Source of the DNA: Candidatus Poseidoniaceae archaeon
GTDB taxonomy: Archaea; Thermoplasmatota; Poseidoniia; Poseidoniales; Poseidoniaceae
Length of the DNA: 64,000 nucleotides
Direction of reading: 5' to 3'
NCBI GenBank assembly: GCA_049598575.1
Contig: JBMYNT010000002.1
Coordinates: 699-64,698 of the forward strand
The translations under genes and the position numbers were made by a program. Positions 9,385 to 19,028 of this stretch are shown in pieces; position 1 is the first letter of the stretch; every line of letters starts with the position of its first letter. The notes beneath the pieces are model-generated. The model had not been told where the DNA came from, did no database searches, and saw only the letters and a list, made by a program, of their open reading frames with translations.

Positions 9385-10698
9385 TCAGAATCCTCGTGCA
9401 CCTGCAAGTGCGGTTGATAGAAGCATATCTGGCTCCCAATCCATGATGTTGACACCGAGGCCACGGAGTTCTCCAATCAGAACGTCGCGCTCGGTCTTCA
9501 TGACTTCATAGCCGGTTCGATCAAGACGCTTTGCGTCAAATTCAAATTCAAGCGATGAAGGTGAAAGAACCGTCACGTCAAAGTCACGGGCGCGGAAGTC
9601 GCGAAGTGCGTTGACGATGGTCGGGTCATCCTCCAAATTGGATAGGAAGATGATTGGACTACCTTTGTTGATGTGTGGCAGAATTCGGTTGACAACAACC
9701 TGCAGTGGAATGTTGCCTCGAGCAACAGCACCTGCAAGCTTGGTGAGAATCACGTAGAGTTGTTTCTTACCTGTGTCACGATCGACGCTGACAACCTCAT
9801 CGCCGTAAACAACAACACCAACAGAGTCGCGTCGTCCGAGGAAGTACTTGGCAAGTGATGCTGCTGCACGTGTTGAGTAAACCAGTGCATTTCGGCTAAC
9901 TGGACCGGTTTCACTGACTGCCCGAGAATCGATGATGATGATGACGTCGGATACAGCGTCACGTTCACGTTCGTTGACCATCAATTTACCAGAACGTGCA
10001 TATGCACTCCAGTTGATGGCACGGAACGAATCTCCTTCGAAATACTCACGCAGTGAGTAAAACTCAGAACCGGGACCTGGTTGTCGAATGTTGACGGCTC
10101 CTGTGAAAATCTTTGGAACACGGGACTTGACGAAGGTGTCTTTGAGGTCTTCCATCTTCGGGAACACAAGGAAATCGTTGTAGACATGCATTTCTTTTTC
10201 CTTGTGGAACAGACCGAACGGATCTTGGACACGTACAGCAACGGGACCGATGCTGTAGAATCCACGGAGAGGGCACTCAAGCGTGTACTCAATGTAGGTC
10301 TCGCGACGAGGGCCGAGTTCCATCAAAATGTAGTTGGAACCTTCCTTAATTCGCATCACTTCTGGAACACGATCTCGAACTTCGAGAATCTTAGCGAGCC
10401 CAGAATTGTTCTGCATACGTAACGTCACGGTTAATTCACCATCTTCGAAGATACGTGAACCAGAGAGCTTTCGCATGGCGAGAACGCTGCCAAGGGCAAC
10501 ACCCTCCTCACCCGTCCACTCTTCTGCGCGTCGTCCACTGGAAGCGACGTCAGCATGGCCGCCAAAGAGGGCAGCCCACGTCAGGAACACAAAGATCACA
10601 ACAGCAATTGTAACCAGTTGAGAATTCCTGAGCGTAAGGCCAAGAAGGTACATGGCTACGGCCATGCTTCCTAGCATTGCTGATTTACGACTCCACAT
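9385..10698 (-). CDS. DUF58 (vWA-like) protein with N-terminal TM hairpin
   Basis: RGFYSIGP, DPFGLF, EFYSLREYFEGDSFRAINWSAYAR; downstream of MoxR. Confidence 0.9.
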   Translation of the reverse strand: MWSRKSAMLGSMAVAMYLLGLTLRNSQLVTIAVVIFVFLTWAALFGGHADVASSGRRAEEWTGEEGVALGSVLAMRKLSGSRIFEDGELTVTLRMQNNSGLAKILEVRDRVPEVMRIKEGSNYILMELGPRRETYIEYTLECPLRGFYSIGPVAVRVQDPFGLFHKEKEMHVYNDFLVFPKMEDLKDTFVKSRVPKIFTGAVNIRQPGPGSEFYSLREYFEGDSFRAINWSAYARSGKLMVNERERDAVSDVIIIIDSRAVSETGPVSRNALVYSTRAAASLAKYFLGRRDSVGVVVYGDEVVSVDRDTGKKQLYVILTKLAGAVARGNIPLQVVVNRILPHINKGSPIIFLSNLEDDPTIVNALRDFRARDFDVTVLSPSSLEFEFDAKRLDRTGYEVMKTERDVLIGELRGLGVNIMDWEPDMLLSTALAGARGF

Positions 10699-10734
10699 CC
10701 GAGAACACCTCTAGTCAAGTATGATTCAACGGTA

Positions 10735-11874
10735 TCAAACGGTAGGTACTGGAACTTCTCGAAGAATGCTTTGCATAACTTCACCAGCCTCAAGACCCTT
10801 GATTTGATGCTCAGGCTTGAGAATGATTCTGTGCGCAATTGCAAGTTCTGCAATCGACTTGACATCATCAGGCGTTACAAAGTCACGGCCACGCATAGCA
10901 GCTGCTGCACGTGCAGTCTTGAGCAATGCTTGGGAACCACGAGGCGAGGAACCGACGAGAACACGAGGGTCCTCACGAGTTCGTGCGACAACTTCGACCA
11001 TGTACATACGGATAGCTGGATCGACGTAGATGTCTTCACAAGCCTGTTGCATAGCGATGACACGCTGTGGGTCGGTGATAACATCGACATCGACAGCGTC
11101 CTTACCACGAGTGATACGTCGAGCGAGAATCTCGTCTTCATCAGCACGGTCTGGATAACCGACACTCATCTTGAACATGAAACGGTCAAGTTGAGCTTCA
11201 GGAAGTGGGTAGGTACCCTCTTGCTCGACAGGGTTCTGGGTTGCCATAACAATGAACGGAGCAGGGAGTTTGTGTGTAACGGTACCGATGGTCACTTGCT
11301 TCTCTTGCATAGCCTCAAGCAATGCAGCTTGCGTCTTTGGAGGAGCACGGTTAATCTCGTCAGCGAGGAGGAGGTTACAGAACAAAGGTCCTGGCTTGAA
11401 TGTAAATTCACCCTTCTTTGCGTCGTAGATGTTGGTACCGGTAATGTCAGCTGGGAGCAAGTCAGGCGTGAATTGAACACGCTTGAAGTCACAACCGAGA
11501 GCGTCAGCAAACGTGTTGGTCATCAACGTCTTTGCCAATCCAGGATAATCTTCGAACAGGAGGTTACCATTGGAGAGAATGTTGATGAGAACGTTGTCGA
11601 TGACGTGGCTCTTACCGATAATGACTTTCTGAACTTCTGCGCTGATCGCTTGTGCGATGGCGCCGACGGCGGAAAGTCGCTCACGGACTTCTGGGGTGCT
11701 TTGGTGCTTCGGCTGGGCCGGAGCGGCCGGTGCTGCAGGTGCGGCAGGCGCTACTGGTGCTGCAGGTGCGGCTGGTGCCGCAGGCATTGGTGCTGCAGGT
11801 GCAGGTGGCGCTGGTGCCGCTGGCGCTGCTGGCGCTGGCGCGGGCGGGGCTGCTGGTGGTGCGGGGGGTTGCAT
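10735..11874 (-). CDS. MoxR-family AAA+ ATPase with Pro/Ala-rich N-terminal tail
   Basis: PGLAKT, RVQFTPDLLPADITG, LADEINRAPPKTQAALLEAMQE, ATQNPVEQEGTYPLPEAQLDRF. Confidence 0.95.
   Translation of the reverse strand: MQPPAPPAAPPAPAPAAPAAPAPPAPAAPMPAAPAAPAAPVAPAAPAAPAAPAQPKHQSTPEVRERLSAVGAIAQAISAEVQKVIIGKSHVIDNVLINILSNGNLLFEDYPGLAKTLMTNTFADALGCDFKRVQFTPDLLPADITGTNIYDAKKGEFTFKPGPLFCNLLLADEINRAPPKTQAALLEAMQEKQVTIGTVTHKLPAPFIVMATQNPVEQEGTYPLPEAQLDRFMFKMSVGYPDRADEDEILARRITRGKDAVDVDVITDPQRVIAMQQACEDIYVDPAIRMYMVEVVARTREDPRVLVGSSPRGSQALLKTARAAAAMRGRDFVTPDDVKSIAELAIAHRIILKPEHQIKGLEAGEVMQSILREVPVPTV
11710..11871 (-). repeat. GC-rich low-complexity repeats encoding (PAA/PAP)n
   Basis: Recurring ggtgctgcaggtgc units; protein QPPAPPAAPPAPAPAAPAAP... 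Confidence 0.8.
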
Positions 11875-11895
11875 GTCATTTTCCTCCTTTTTTCT

Positions 11896-13491
11896 TCAGT
11901 TTCCCCAACGACGAATTAATGGGATGATTTCCCGTAGTTCTTCGTTGGAATAGGATCTTGCTGAACTGACCAGTTCAACAAGGCGTGGGTCACGGACCAT
12001 CTGCATGATTTCTGCAGGGGTCTTGCGGGCGAATTCGTCTCGCGTGAGATCATTGAATTGCCGAACTTTCGACAGGAATGCTTCCCTTGTTCGGACTTGG
12101 TAGAGCGAGGTATCCAGTTTCGTAGGGCGTTCTCTGAAACGGGTCAAGTCGAAGACGTGTCGCCAGTTTTCTTTCTCTGGAACAACCATAATGGCAATAG
12201 CGAGGAGTGCGAATAAGTTGAGGATGATCAACCACTTGAGGTAAGCGTCACTGGTCAAGAGAACGACAGCACCAATGGCTTCGGTGAAGGGCTGCGTTGC
12301 GACGCTCGATACGTGACGGCTTTCATCAAAGACGATGTTGAACTCGTCTGTGTTTCGTGTGATTTGGAGAGAGAGTTCATCGTTGTCGAATTCCATCATG
12401 TCACGAATCAAAGCACGGAAGTAGAGTTGGTTTCCTTCCCATGCGGTGTCGCCCTGTGCGGAGACGAGTCCGTCAGGATCGGTATCCCAGCAGCTGTGCC
12501 CATTCTCAATGTAGATATCACCACATTGTTGCTTTCCTGTCAGGTCAGCATCGCCTGCGTCCCAAAGGTGGTTAGCGAAGACGGAGTGGTCTGAAACGAA
12601 AACAATGCTACCGGTCACGGAGACCTCACCAGAGTCTCCGTCGGATTTGGTATCGTAAGCATCGATGTTCGGGTAATCGATTCGTACGATGAGGTCGGTT
12701 TTCCCAGTCTTTGGATTTGCGACGTTGTTGATGTCGAAGCCTGAACGTGCGACAAACGCTTGGTCGCTTGCGGAGGCGAGAACACTCACCTCACGAGTAT
12801 CGTCCTCTACATCCAATACCTGGATCGCAGTTGGTGAATGGAAGAGGACAGGCATACGACAGTTGTCTGTTACTCCTGCGGAGACTTCAGCCTCGGTACA
12901 TGGCGTTCGAAGCGATGCCTCGTCCATGAGGTCCAAATCTTCGCTTACAGATGCAACGGACCACAATCGTGTGTGTTGAACGGGCATGCGAACGTTGGTG
13001 CTGTCGGTCACCTCGTAGAACCACTTGCTGTCAGATACAGGGGCATCAAAGTAGAGGACACCAAATTCTTCAGCAACTCGCTTTGCGTTGGTCGAGTTTG
13101 CCGCAAGAATGACCTTTCCGCCCTTCTCGGTGACGAAGTCATGGATCGCTTGTGCCTCTGCTGCATCGAATGGCTTCTCTGGAGCAGCGATGATGAGCAT
13201 GGTTCGGTGAGGATCTTGCCAGTCGTTGACAAGCATTGGAGTTGACATTGTGTTGTAGATGGAGTACTTCTCACCAGACTTGCCGTCGTCACTGGTTCCG
13301 AGTGTATCCCGCATCTTGGAAAGTTGTTGGTACTGATAGTCACCTTCAGCATCACGAACATACGGAGAGAAGACGGTTTCCTTCGACGAGGAAGCAAGAA
13401 CGATGAGGACAGTGGAAAGGAGAATGGAGACGACAAGTCCAACCATGAGTTTCTTCTCAACAGAGAGTTTTGTTTTCTCTGTTTCTGCCAT
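11896..13491 (-). CDS. DUF4350-like protein with N- and C-terminal TM segments
   Basis: LIIAAPEKPFDAAEAQAIHDFVTEKGGKVILA, VSDHSVFAN, VFDESRH; first gene of MoxR operon. Confidence 0.75.
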   Translation of the reverse strand: MAETEKTKLSVEKKLMVGLVVSILLSTVLIVLASSSKETVFSPYVRDAEGDYQYQQLSKMRDTLGTSDDGKSGEKYSIYNTMSTPMLVNDWQDPHRTMLIIAAPEKPFDAAEAQAIHDFVTEKGGKVILAANSTNAKRVAEEFGVLYFDAPVSDSKWFYEVTDSTNVRMPVQHTRLWSVASVSEDLDLMDEASLRTPCTEAEVSAGVTDNCRMPVLFHSPTAIQVLDVEDDTREVSVLASASDQAFVARSGFDINNVANPKTGKTDLIVRIDYPNIDAYDTKSDGDSGEVSVTGSIVFVSDHSVFANHLWDAGDADLTGKQQCGDIYIENGHSCWDTDPDGLVSAQGDTAWEGNQLYFRALIRDMMEFDNDELSLQITRNTDEFNIVFDESRHVSSVATQPFTEAIGAVVLLTSDAYLKWLIILNLFALLAIAIMVVPEKENWRHVFDLTRFRERPTKLDTSLYQVRTREAFLSKVRQFNDLTRDEFARKTPAEIMQMVRDPRLVELVSSARSYSNEELREIIPLIRRWGN

Positions 13492-13618
13492 ATTTCCACC
13501 TCATTTTGCGGCAAGCGCAGTATGTTCTTTTCTTCGGAATCACGATACACACATAATGATTCTCCCTTGACGTTTAGAGAGGTTTTTATGACATCAAGAC
13601 AATTTATTCACTGTCTAA

Positions 13619-14587
13619 TCAGCAGACATCGAGCCGATTTCTGCGCAATAGAGCAAGCAATCCGAGCGAAATAATGACCGTTTGAGGACCCACTGCAGGT
13701 AGGGCCGAAGAACCGTCAGATTCCGAGCCCGAATTGGACGAACTTGAACCCGTGTCTCCATTGTTCGAATTTTGACTTTCCCCAGATGCATCAACATCGA
13801 TTGAGAAGGTGACACTGCGTTCCATACCGTTCCCTTCTGAGGTCACGATCATGGTGACTTCACAAGTCTTGGAAGCGTGAGCAGTTGAAGGGGCGATGCG
13901 GAACGAGACTTCAGTAGGTTGATTTCCGTTCAAATCGGTTGGTTGAATCTGAGTGTTTTCTCCGCCCTCTAAGCCTTCGATTTCAAGAAGTGGGCAATTG
14001 CGAATGTCTGCCTCAATCTTGCTGGCAGCATCAACTGTGTTTCCCATGTTGTTGAGAATGAGCGTTTCTTCAATCCAAGTTCCTGCATCGACTGAGCTCG
14101 CGACCAAGGAGACTTCTGGGAGAAGTTTGTGATATCGAGGGACATTGAGGTCCGCTTCAATCTCCTTTGGAGAACCAGCCCCTCCAGCAGCGCTTTCTTC
14201 AGCGGTCACAATCATGCTTATCTTCTCGCTTGGAGAATGACTTCGCACCTTTTCAGCATCCGAGGTACTCAATTCAATCGAGAAGGTTTCATTCGATTGG
14301 GAGCCTATAGAGATCGATTCCGAGTAGGATGTTTCGAGAACATCGATGTCGTTCTCAAATTCAACGGTAATGGTCAGGCTCAGTTCATTGATTCTTGGGT
14401 TGTCAACATAGAAGACCAATGTATCTTCAATCTTCCATTTATCGCCATCCAATTGCAAATCGTAACTTGGCTCCACATCCGTATCCCAGCCAATTTCCCA
14501 TTCATTGTTGGCAGGGAATTGAGCATGGCCGAGTGGCAACAATGCGACAAGGATACATGAAATAAGCAAACAAGCAGCCTTTTTCAT
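13619..14587 (-). CDS. Secreted Ig-like surface protein with PGF-CTERM-like sorting signal
   Basis: Signal peptide, acidic beta-rich body (NMGNTVD), Ser/Gly linker, C-terminal LPAVG + TM + RRNR. Confidence 0.65.
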   Translation of the reverse strand: MKKAACLLISCILVALLPLGHAQFPANNEWEIGWDTDVEPSYDLQLDGDKWKIEDTLVFYVDNPRINELSLTITVEFENDIDVLETSYSESISIGSQSNETFSIELSTSDAEKVRSHSPSEKISMIVTAEESAAGGAGSPKEIEADLNVPRYHKLLPEVSLVASSVDAGTWIEETLILNNMGNTVDAASKIEADIRNCPLLEIEGLEGGENTQIQPTDLNGNQPTEVSFRIAPSTAHASKTCEVTMIVTSEGNGMERSVTFSIDVDASGESQNSNNGDTGSSSSNSGSESDGSSALPAVGPQTVIISLGLLALLRRNRLDVC

Positions 14588-14589
14588 GT

Positions 14590-15564
14590 TCAATCACCAA
14601 GAATTTCTCGAAGACTGCGCTTCGCTAGAACTCGAACCATCGATTTGCGATATCGCGGAGGCAGCGCAGTATTGTTCACTGGTTTGATGGATTTCATAAT
14701 CGCTTCAGAGAGTTGTGGAACATATTCCTTCGAGAAGGAGGTCCCGAGTGCATCAACTTCCTCTTGGTGCGAGCGTGGGATGGATTCCAATGCTGTAGAA
14801 GCAACTCGAAGTGAGGAGGGATCACCCACAATCCACGAGGATGCAACACCTGCCTCAGGGAAATCCCACGATTCTCGAACTCTGAGTTTCTTGTAAGAGC
14901 CCGTTCTGTTTGCAACGTTCTCTGGGAAGGTGACCTTGAGAACAAATTCACCTTCTTGTAGTACATTTCGAGTAATTCCATCGAGTTGGAAGAACTCGTC
15001 AACAGGTAGACTTCGTGGCCCGTTTGGACCGATGATGTGGATGGTTCCTTCAAGCACCATCAGGGATGGTGCCAGGTCGCCTTGATAGGTTGCGACGCAG
15101 AGCGTGTTTTGATTTGGAATCACTCGACAATCCGAACCCGTTCCACAATCTTCCTTGTGACACCAGTCGATTGAACGGCGCCAATCTTCGCTTTGATTGA
15201 ACCAGAAACAGCGCGTGTCTAGGCAAATGTTCCCTCCAAGTGTTGCGTTGTTTCGAATCAACGATGAAGCGACTTTGCTAGCAGCAGATGCGATGAGCGG
15301 GTGCACATTTTCCGAAGTCGTCAATGCACCCAATCGTGCCATGGCACCAATTTCGTGCATGGAGATGGTGTCGAGACCTGGAATGTTTGCGAGAGAAACC
15401 ACATGTGTCTTGACGTTGATGTGCCACTTGTAGTTCGGTAGCAAATCGGTACCACCTGCGACCCAGTCAAAGGATTCTTTGTTCGCAAGGAACGTTGCTG
15501 CTAATTCGCAGGCTTCCTCAACGGTCTTCGGGTGGTGGAGATTGAATGGAGGCATCAACATCAT
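14590..15564 (-). CDS. Xanthine dehydrogenase-family FAD subunit, 4-hydroxybenzoyl-CoA reductase beta (HcrB)-like with Cys insert
   Basis: VAGGTDLLPN, IRNNATLGGNICLDTRCFWFNQSEDWR..C...C...C...C, KLRVRESWDFP. Confidence 0.85.
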   Translation of the reverse strand: MMLMPPFNLHHPKTVEEACELAATFLANKESFDWVAGGTDLLPNYKWHINVKTHVVSLANIPGLDTISMHEIGAMARLGALTTSENVHPLIASAASKVASSLIRNNATLGGNICLDTRCFWFNQSEDWRRSIDWCHKEDCGTGSDCRVIPNQNTLCVATYQGDLAPSLMVLEGTIHIIGPNGPRSLPVDEFFQLDGITRNVLQEGEFVLKVTFPENVANRTGSYKKLRVRESWDFPEAGVASSWIVGDPSSLRVASTALESIPRSHQEEVDALGTSFSKEYVPQLSEAIMKSIKPVNNTALPPRYRKSMVRVLAKRSLREILGD

Positions 15565-18365
15565 TGGTCACCTCCCATTTGGCGTTGCTCCTTCTTCAGC
15601 CAAGCCTTTCCTGCAAGGCCAAGTTCAGCCAACTGCTCAGGCACGGGTTCAACAGCGGATTTCCATCCCTCGACCTGATCTTCGAGCGGTCGGTCTGGAT
15701 CGAAACCAAACAACACGCCGTTGACATATGCGCTGGTATCTTCGCTACGCTGTCGGCGACGGTCACGCTCCTTATGCTCTTGACCGCGTGCAACCAGTGC
15801 TGCTTGCAAGGGGCTATGCTCCAAACGAGGAGAAGGAAGTTCCGTTTCATCGATACCACCAAGCGATTTCGTCTTCGCAGAGATGGCTTTCCAAACAACA
15901 TCCGGCGTGAGCGGTAGTTCGCGAATGCGAACACCAATGGCATCGTAGACTGCGTTTACCACAGCAGGCAGAATTGGCAAGAGAGGTCCTTCACCAGCTT
16001 CCTTTGCACCGAATGGCCCTTCTGGATCTGATGATTCAACAATGATTGGTGTTACATGAGGCATTTCATGAACGGATGGGATTTTGTATTCTAGGAGATT
16101 TGGATTTTGCAAATGTCCTGTCCGTCCGTACACCATCTTCTCGGAAAGGACTTGGCCGAGTCCCATGTGACAGGAACCGATGATTTGTCCCTCGACCGCT
16201 AAGGGATTGAGTGCCTTGCCACAGTCATGTGCAGCCCAAACATTGGTACACGAGACGAGGCCTGTTTCAACATCAACATCGACTTCTGCAACGTAAGCAG
16301 AGAACGAATATGCTGGAGCAAGTCCTGCTGCTGCACCTTTGTGAACGCCACCCATTGGTGGTGATCGGTATGCTCCGCTTGAAATAAGCGAACCCTTGTC
16401 TTCTTGCGCCTTGTGAAGTGCTTCGAGGTAGGATACGCCAACAGCGGGGTCGTGCTTGTAGTAAATTCGACGATCGTTGAGAACGAGAACATCAGGGTGA
16501 TATCCCAACATTTCCCAAGCCGCATTGAGAAGTTTCTCGCGAATGTCAAGTGCTGCTCGAATCGCAGCATTGGCGTTCATGAAGGTTACACGACTCGAGT
16601 AAGAACCGAGGTCAACGGGACTAGTGTCACTCTCATGCGATCGAACGTGAATCATCTCAATAGGAAGAGCAAGTACTTCTGAAACAACTTGTGCAATCGC
16701 TGTGGTCGAACCCTGTCCAATGTCCGCAGCACCTGTATGAACCGTTACACCTCCATCCATGTCGATTTGAATGTGAACGGTTGCATGTGGGAATCGATTT
16801 GGGTCCCAGTGAATTGGTAGACCCGAACCCGAAATGAAGAAACCACAGCCAATTCCAATTCCTTTTCCGAGTGGCATTTGCCGGAACTTTGTGTCCCAAT
16901 CCGAACCTTCTCGAACGCGCTCAAGCGCTTCTCGCATGCCGTTTGAAGTGATGCGGAAACCAGAGATGGTTCGGCTGTGCGGAGGAAGCAAATTCGCCAA
17001 ACGTAGGTCGATTGGATCAACTTGCATTTGTTCAGCCATTTCATCGAGACCGACTTCAACTGCACAGCGGGTATTGACAGCCCCGTGCCCACGCATGGCG
17101 CCGCTTGCTGGTTTGTTCGTCCACACACGAGCACCAGTGTAGTGGAACGAACCGAGTTCGTACGGAGCAGTTGCGAGAACACCGTTGTAGTACGATGTGA
17201 CATGGCCGAAGGAGGCAAATCCGCCTCCGTCAATCAGTGCATCGATATCAAAGCCTGAAATTCGAGCCTCTTCATCTGCCGTCATCTTAACTTCGATGTA
17301 ACTTGGGTGTCGGCCTCGATTAATCCAATAGACCTCTTCTCGCGAGAAATTAATTCGAACTGGACGCCCTGCTTTGCGTGAGAGAATGGCTGCACACATC
17401 TCGTGCGGGAATGGGTCGGATTTGCCACCAAATCCCCCACCAACGAAGGTGCGAATGACGTTGATTTGGTGCATCGGAACTTCAAGGACCGTCGAAAGTG
17501 CTCGATGTGCATAATGCGGCACTTGTTGCGGAGTGTAGAGTTGCAAACGACCGTTTGGGTCCCAGTGGGCAACGACTGCGTGAGGTTCCGTGAATCCGTG
17601 ATGTACACCTTCCATTCGCCACTTTCCATGAGATGAAGCGGTTGGGTCATCGACGAGACTACGATCGCCGAATTCTTGGAATACACGCTTCTGAACATTG
17701 GTGGTTCCAACGTGATACTTTCCACGCCAATGAATTGGTTCGTCTTGGTCTTCCAACCCTTTTCGTGGATCGAAGACTGGGTCAAGAACTTCCCACTCAA
17801 TCTCAAACAGATTGAGTGCTTCCATGGCTGTCGCTTCATCAACGGCTGCCACACAGGCGACAAGATCACCCACATGGCGTACTTTCTCAACGGCCATAGC
17901 GTGTTCGTCTTTCGTTACAGGCAACACACCGAATGTGTTTGGTGCGTCGGCTCCTGTGGCTACTGCAAGAACGCCCGGGAGGGCTTCAACCTTTGAGGTG
18001 TCAATGGATTTGATTTTGGCATAGTGATGCGGTGAACGAAGAATCTTGCCAATGATTTCATTCGGAAGACGGACATCGTCGCCGTACCATGCTTGTCCAG
18101 TTACTTTTGCGTGAGAGTCAACGAGTGCTCTTGGTTTTCCAACTTCCGTACCCGTTCGGTATCTGTCGTGAATGTGGGATCCAGCTGGCTGAGGCTCTTT
18201 TCCGCCAACAGATTCTGGGATGGAATCGAGGTCACGAGGAGCCATGGTTGGCCGAGAGCCACCCGAGCCTGGCGGAGGGAACTTCTGCTTCCCTGCTACA
18301 CGCTTTCCGTCCTTTCGGACTTCACCCGAAGATGCACCTGGTTGTTGACGATATCCTCCAGCCAT
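15561..18365 (-). CDS. Xanthine dehydrogenase-family molybdopterin-binding subunit, HcrA-like
   Basis: KVTG, VGGGFGGK, GAMRGHG, DIGQGS, GSYSSRVT, GAKEAGEG; GAGGTGA RBS supports start at 18365. Confidence 0.88.
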   Translation of the reverse strand: MAGGYRQQPGASSGEVRKDGKRVAGKQKFPPPGSGGSRPTMAPRDLDSIPESVGGKEPQPAGSHIHDRYRTGTEVGKPRALVDSHAKVTGQAWYGDDVRLPNEIIGKILRSPHHYAKIKSIDTSKVEALPGVLAVATGADAPNTFGVLPVTKDEHAMAVEKVRHVGDLVACVAAVDEATAMEALNLFEIEWEVLDPVFDPRKGLEDQDEPIHWRGKYHVGTTNVQKRVFQEFGDRSLVDDPTASSHGKWRMEGVHHGFTEPHAVVAHWDPNGRLQLYTPQQVPHYAHRALSTVLEVPMHQINVIRTFVGGGFGGKSDPFPHEMCAAILSRKAGRPVRINFSREEVYWINRGRHPSYIEVKMTADEEARISGFDIDALIDGGGFASFGHVTSYYNGVLATAPYELGSFHYTGARVWTNKPASGAMRGHGAVNTRCAVEVGLDEMAEQMQVDPIDLRLANLLPPHSRTISGFRITSNGMREALERVREGSDWDTKFRQMPLGKGIGIGCGFFISGSGLPIHWDPNRFPHATVHIQIDMDGGVTVHTGAADIGQGSTTAIAQVVSEVLALPIEMIHVRSHESDTSPVDLGSYSSRVTFMNANAAIRAALDIREKLLNAAWEMLGYHPDVLVLNDRRIYYKHDPAVGVSYLEALHKAQEDKGSLISSGAYRSPPMGGVHKGAAAGLAPAYSFSAYVAEVDVDVETGLVSCTNVWAAHDCGKALNPLAVEGQIIGSCHMGLGQVLSEKMVYGRTGHLQNPNLLEYKIPSVHEMPHVTPIIVESSDPEGPFGAKEAGEGPLLPILPAVVNAVYDAIGVRIRELPLTPDVVWKAISAKTKSLGGIDETELPSPRLEHSPLQAALVARGQEHKERDRRRQRSEDTSAYVNGVLFGFDPDRPLEDQVEGWKSAVEPVPEQLAELGLAGKAWLKKEQRQMGGDQ

Positions 18366-18369
18366 GAAA

Positions 18370-18972
18370 TCACCTCGCATGACCAGGTGGCATCGATGGT
18401 TCATCAGGCCCTTCTGGGTGTGGATTTGGATGAGGGTCACTTGCTGGAGATGGTGTAGGCGCATCGCCTCGCTTGATTTCTGCGGCAGCTTCTATAGAAT
18501 CTAGAATTTGTTGATAGCCAGTGCATCGGCAAAGATTTCCTTCGATCGCACAAGCGATTTCATCACGTGTTGGATTCTCGTTTTCATTGAGAAGTGCTTC
18601 AGCACTCATGAGGAAACCCGGTGTGCAGAATCCACACTGAGAGCCACCATGTGTTGCAAAACATGTTTGAATCGGTGCGAGATGTGCGCCATCTGCAAGC
18701 CCTTCAACCGTCGTAATTGTTTGACCTTCGACTTGACCGGCTAGGCACAAACAAGAGAGACGAGGCTCACCATCGATGAGGACGGCACAGCAACCACATG
18801 TTCCCAAGTCGCAACCTCGCTTCACACCCAGCATACCTACTTCATCACGAAGAACGTCGAGCAAAATGGCATTGGATGGAGCGATAGCTTGGACATCTTG
18901 TCCGTTAACTGTCGCAGACCAAATCGTCTTCGGTGCAGATGGAATCATCGTTACGTATTCTTTTCCGACCAT
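18370..18972 (-). CDS. Xanthine dehydrogenase-family [2Fe-2S] subunit, HcrC-like
   Basis: GCDLGTCGCC...SC, QCGFCTPG, GNLCRCTGY. Confidence 0.92.
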   Translation of the reverse strand: MVGKEYVTMIPSAPKTIWSATVNGQDVQAIAPSNAILLDVLRDEVGMLGVKRGCDLGTCGCCAVLIDGEPRLSCLCLAGQVEGQTITTVEGLADGAHLAPIQTCFATHGGSQCGFCTPGFLMSAEALLNENENPTRDEIACAIEGNLCRCTGYQQILDSIEAAAEIKRGDAPTPSPASDPHPNPHPEGPDEPSMPPGHAR

Positions 18973-19028
18973 GTTTCTCACCTTGTGAACTCCGTCTATG
19001 AATGTAGGGTATCACTCCAATCCATAGA

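Noticed and set aside
10771..11919. 382-aa plus-strand ORF
   Set aside because: Antisense shadow of the MoxR gene with no recognisable motifs
15561..18365. Aerobic CO dehydrogenase CoxL
   Set aside because: Active-site loop is AMRGHG, not AYXCSFR or AYXGAGR
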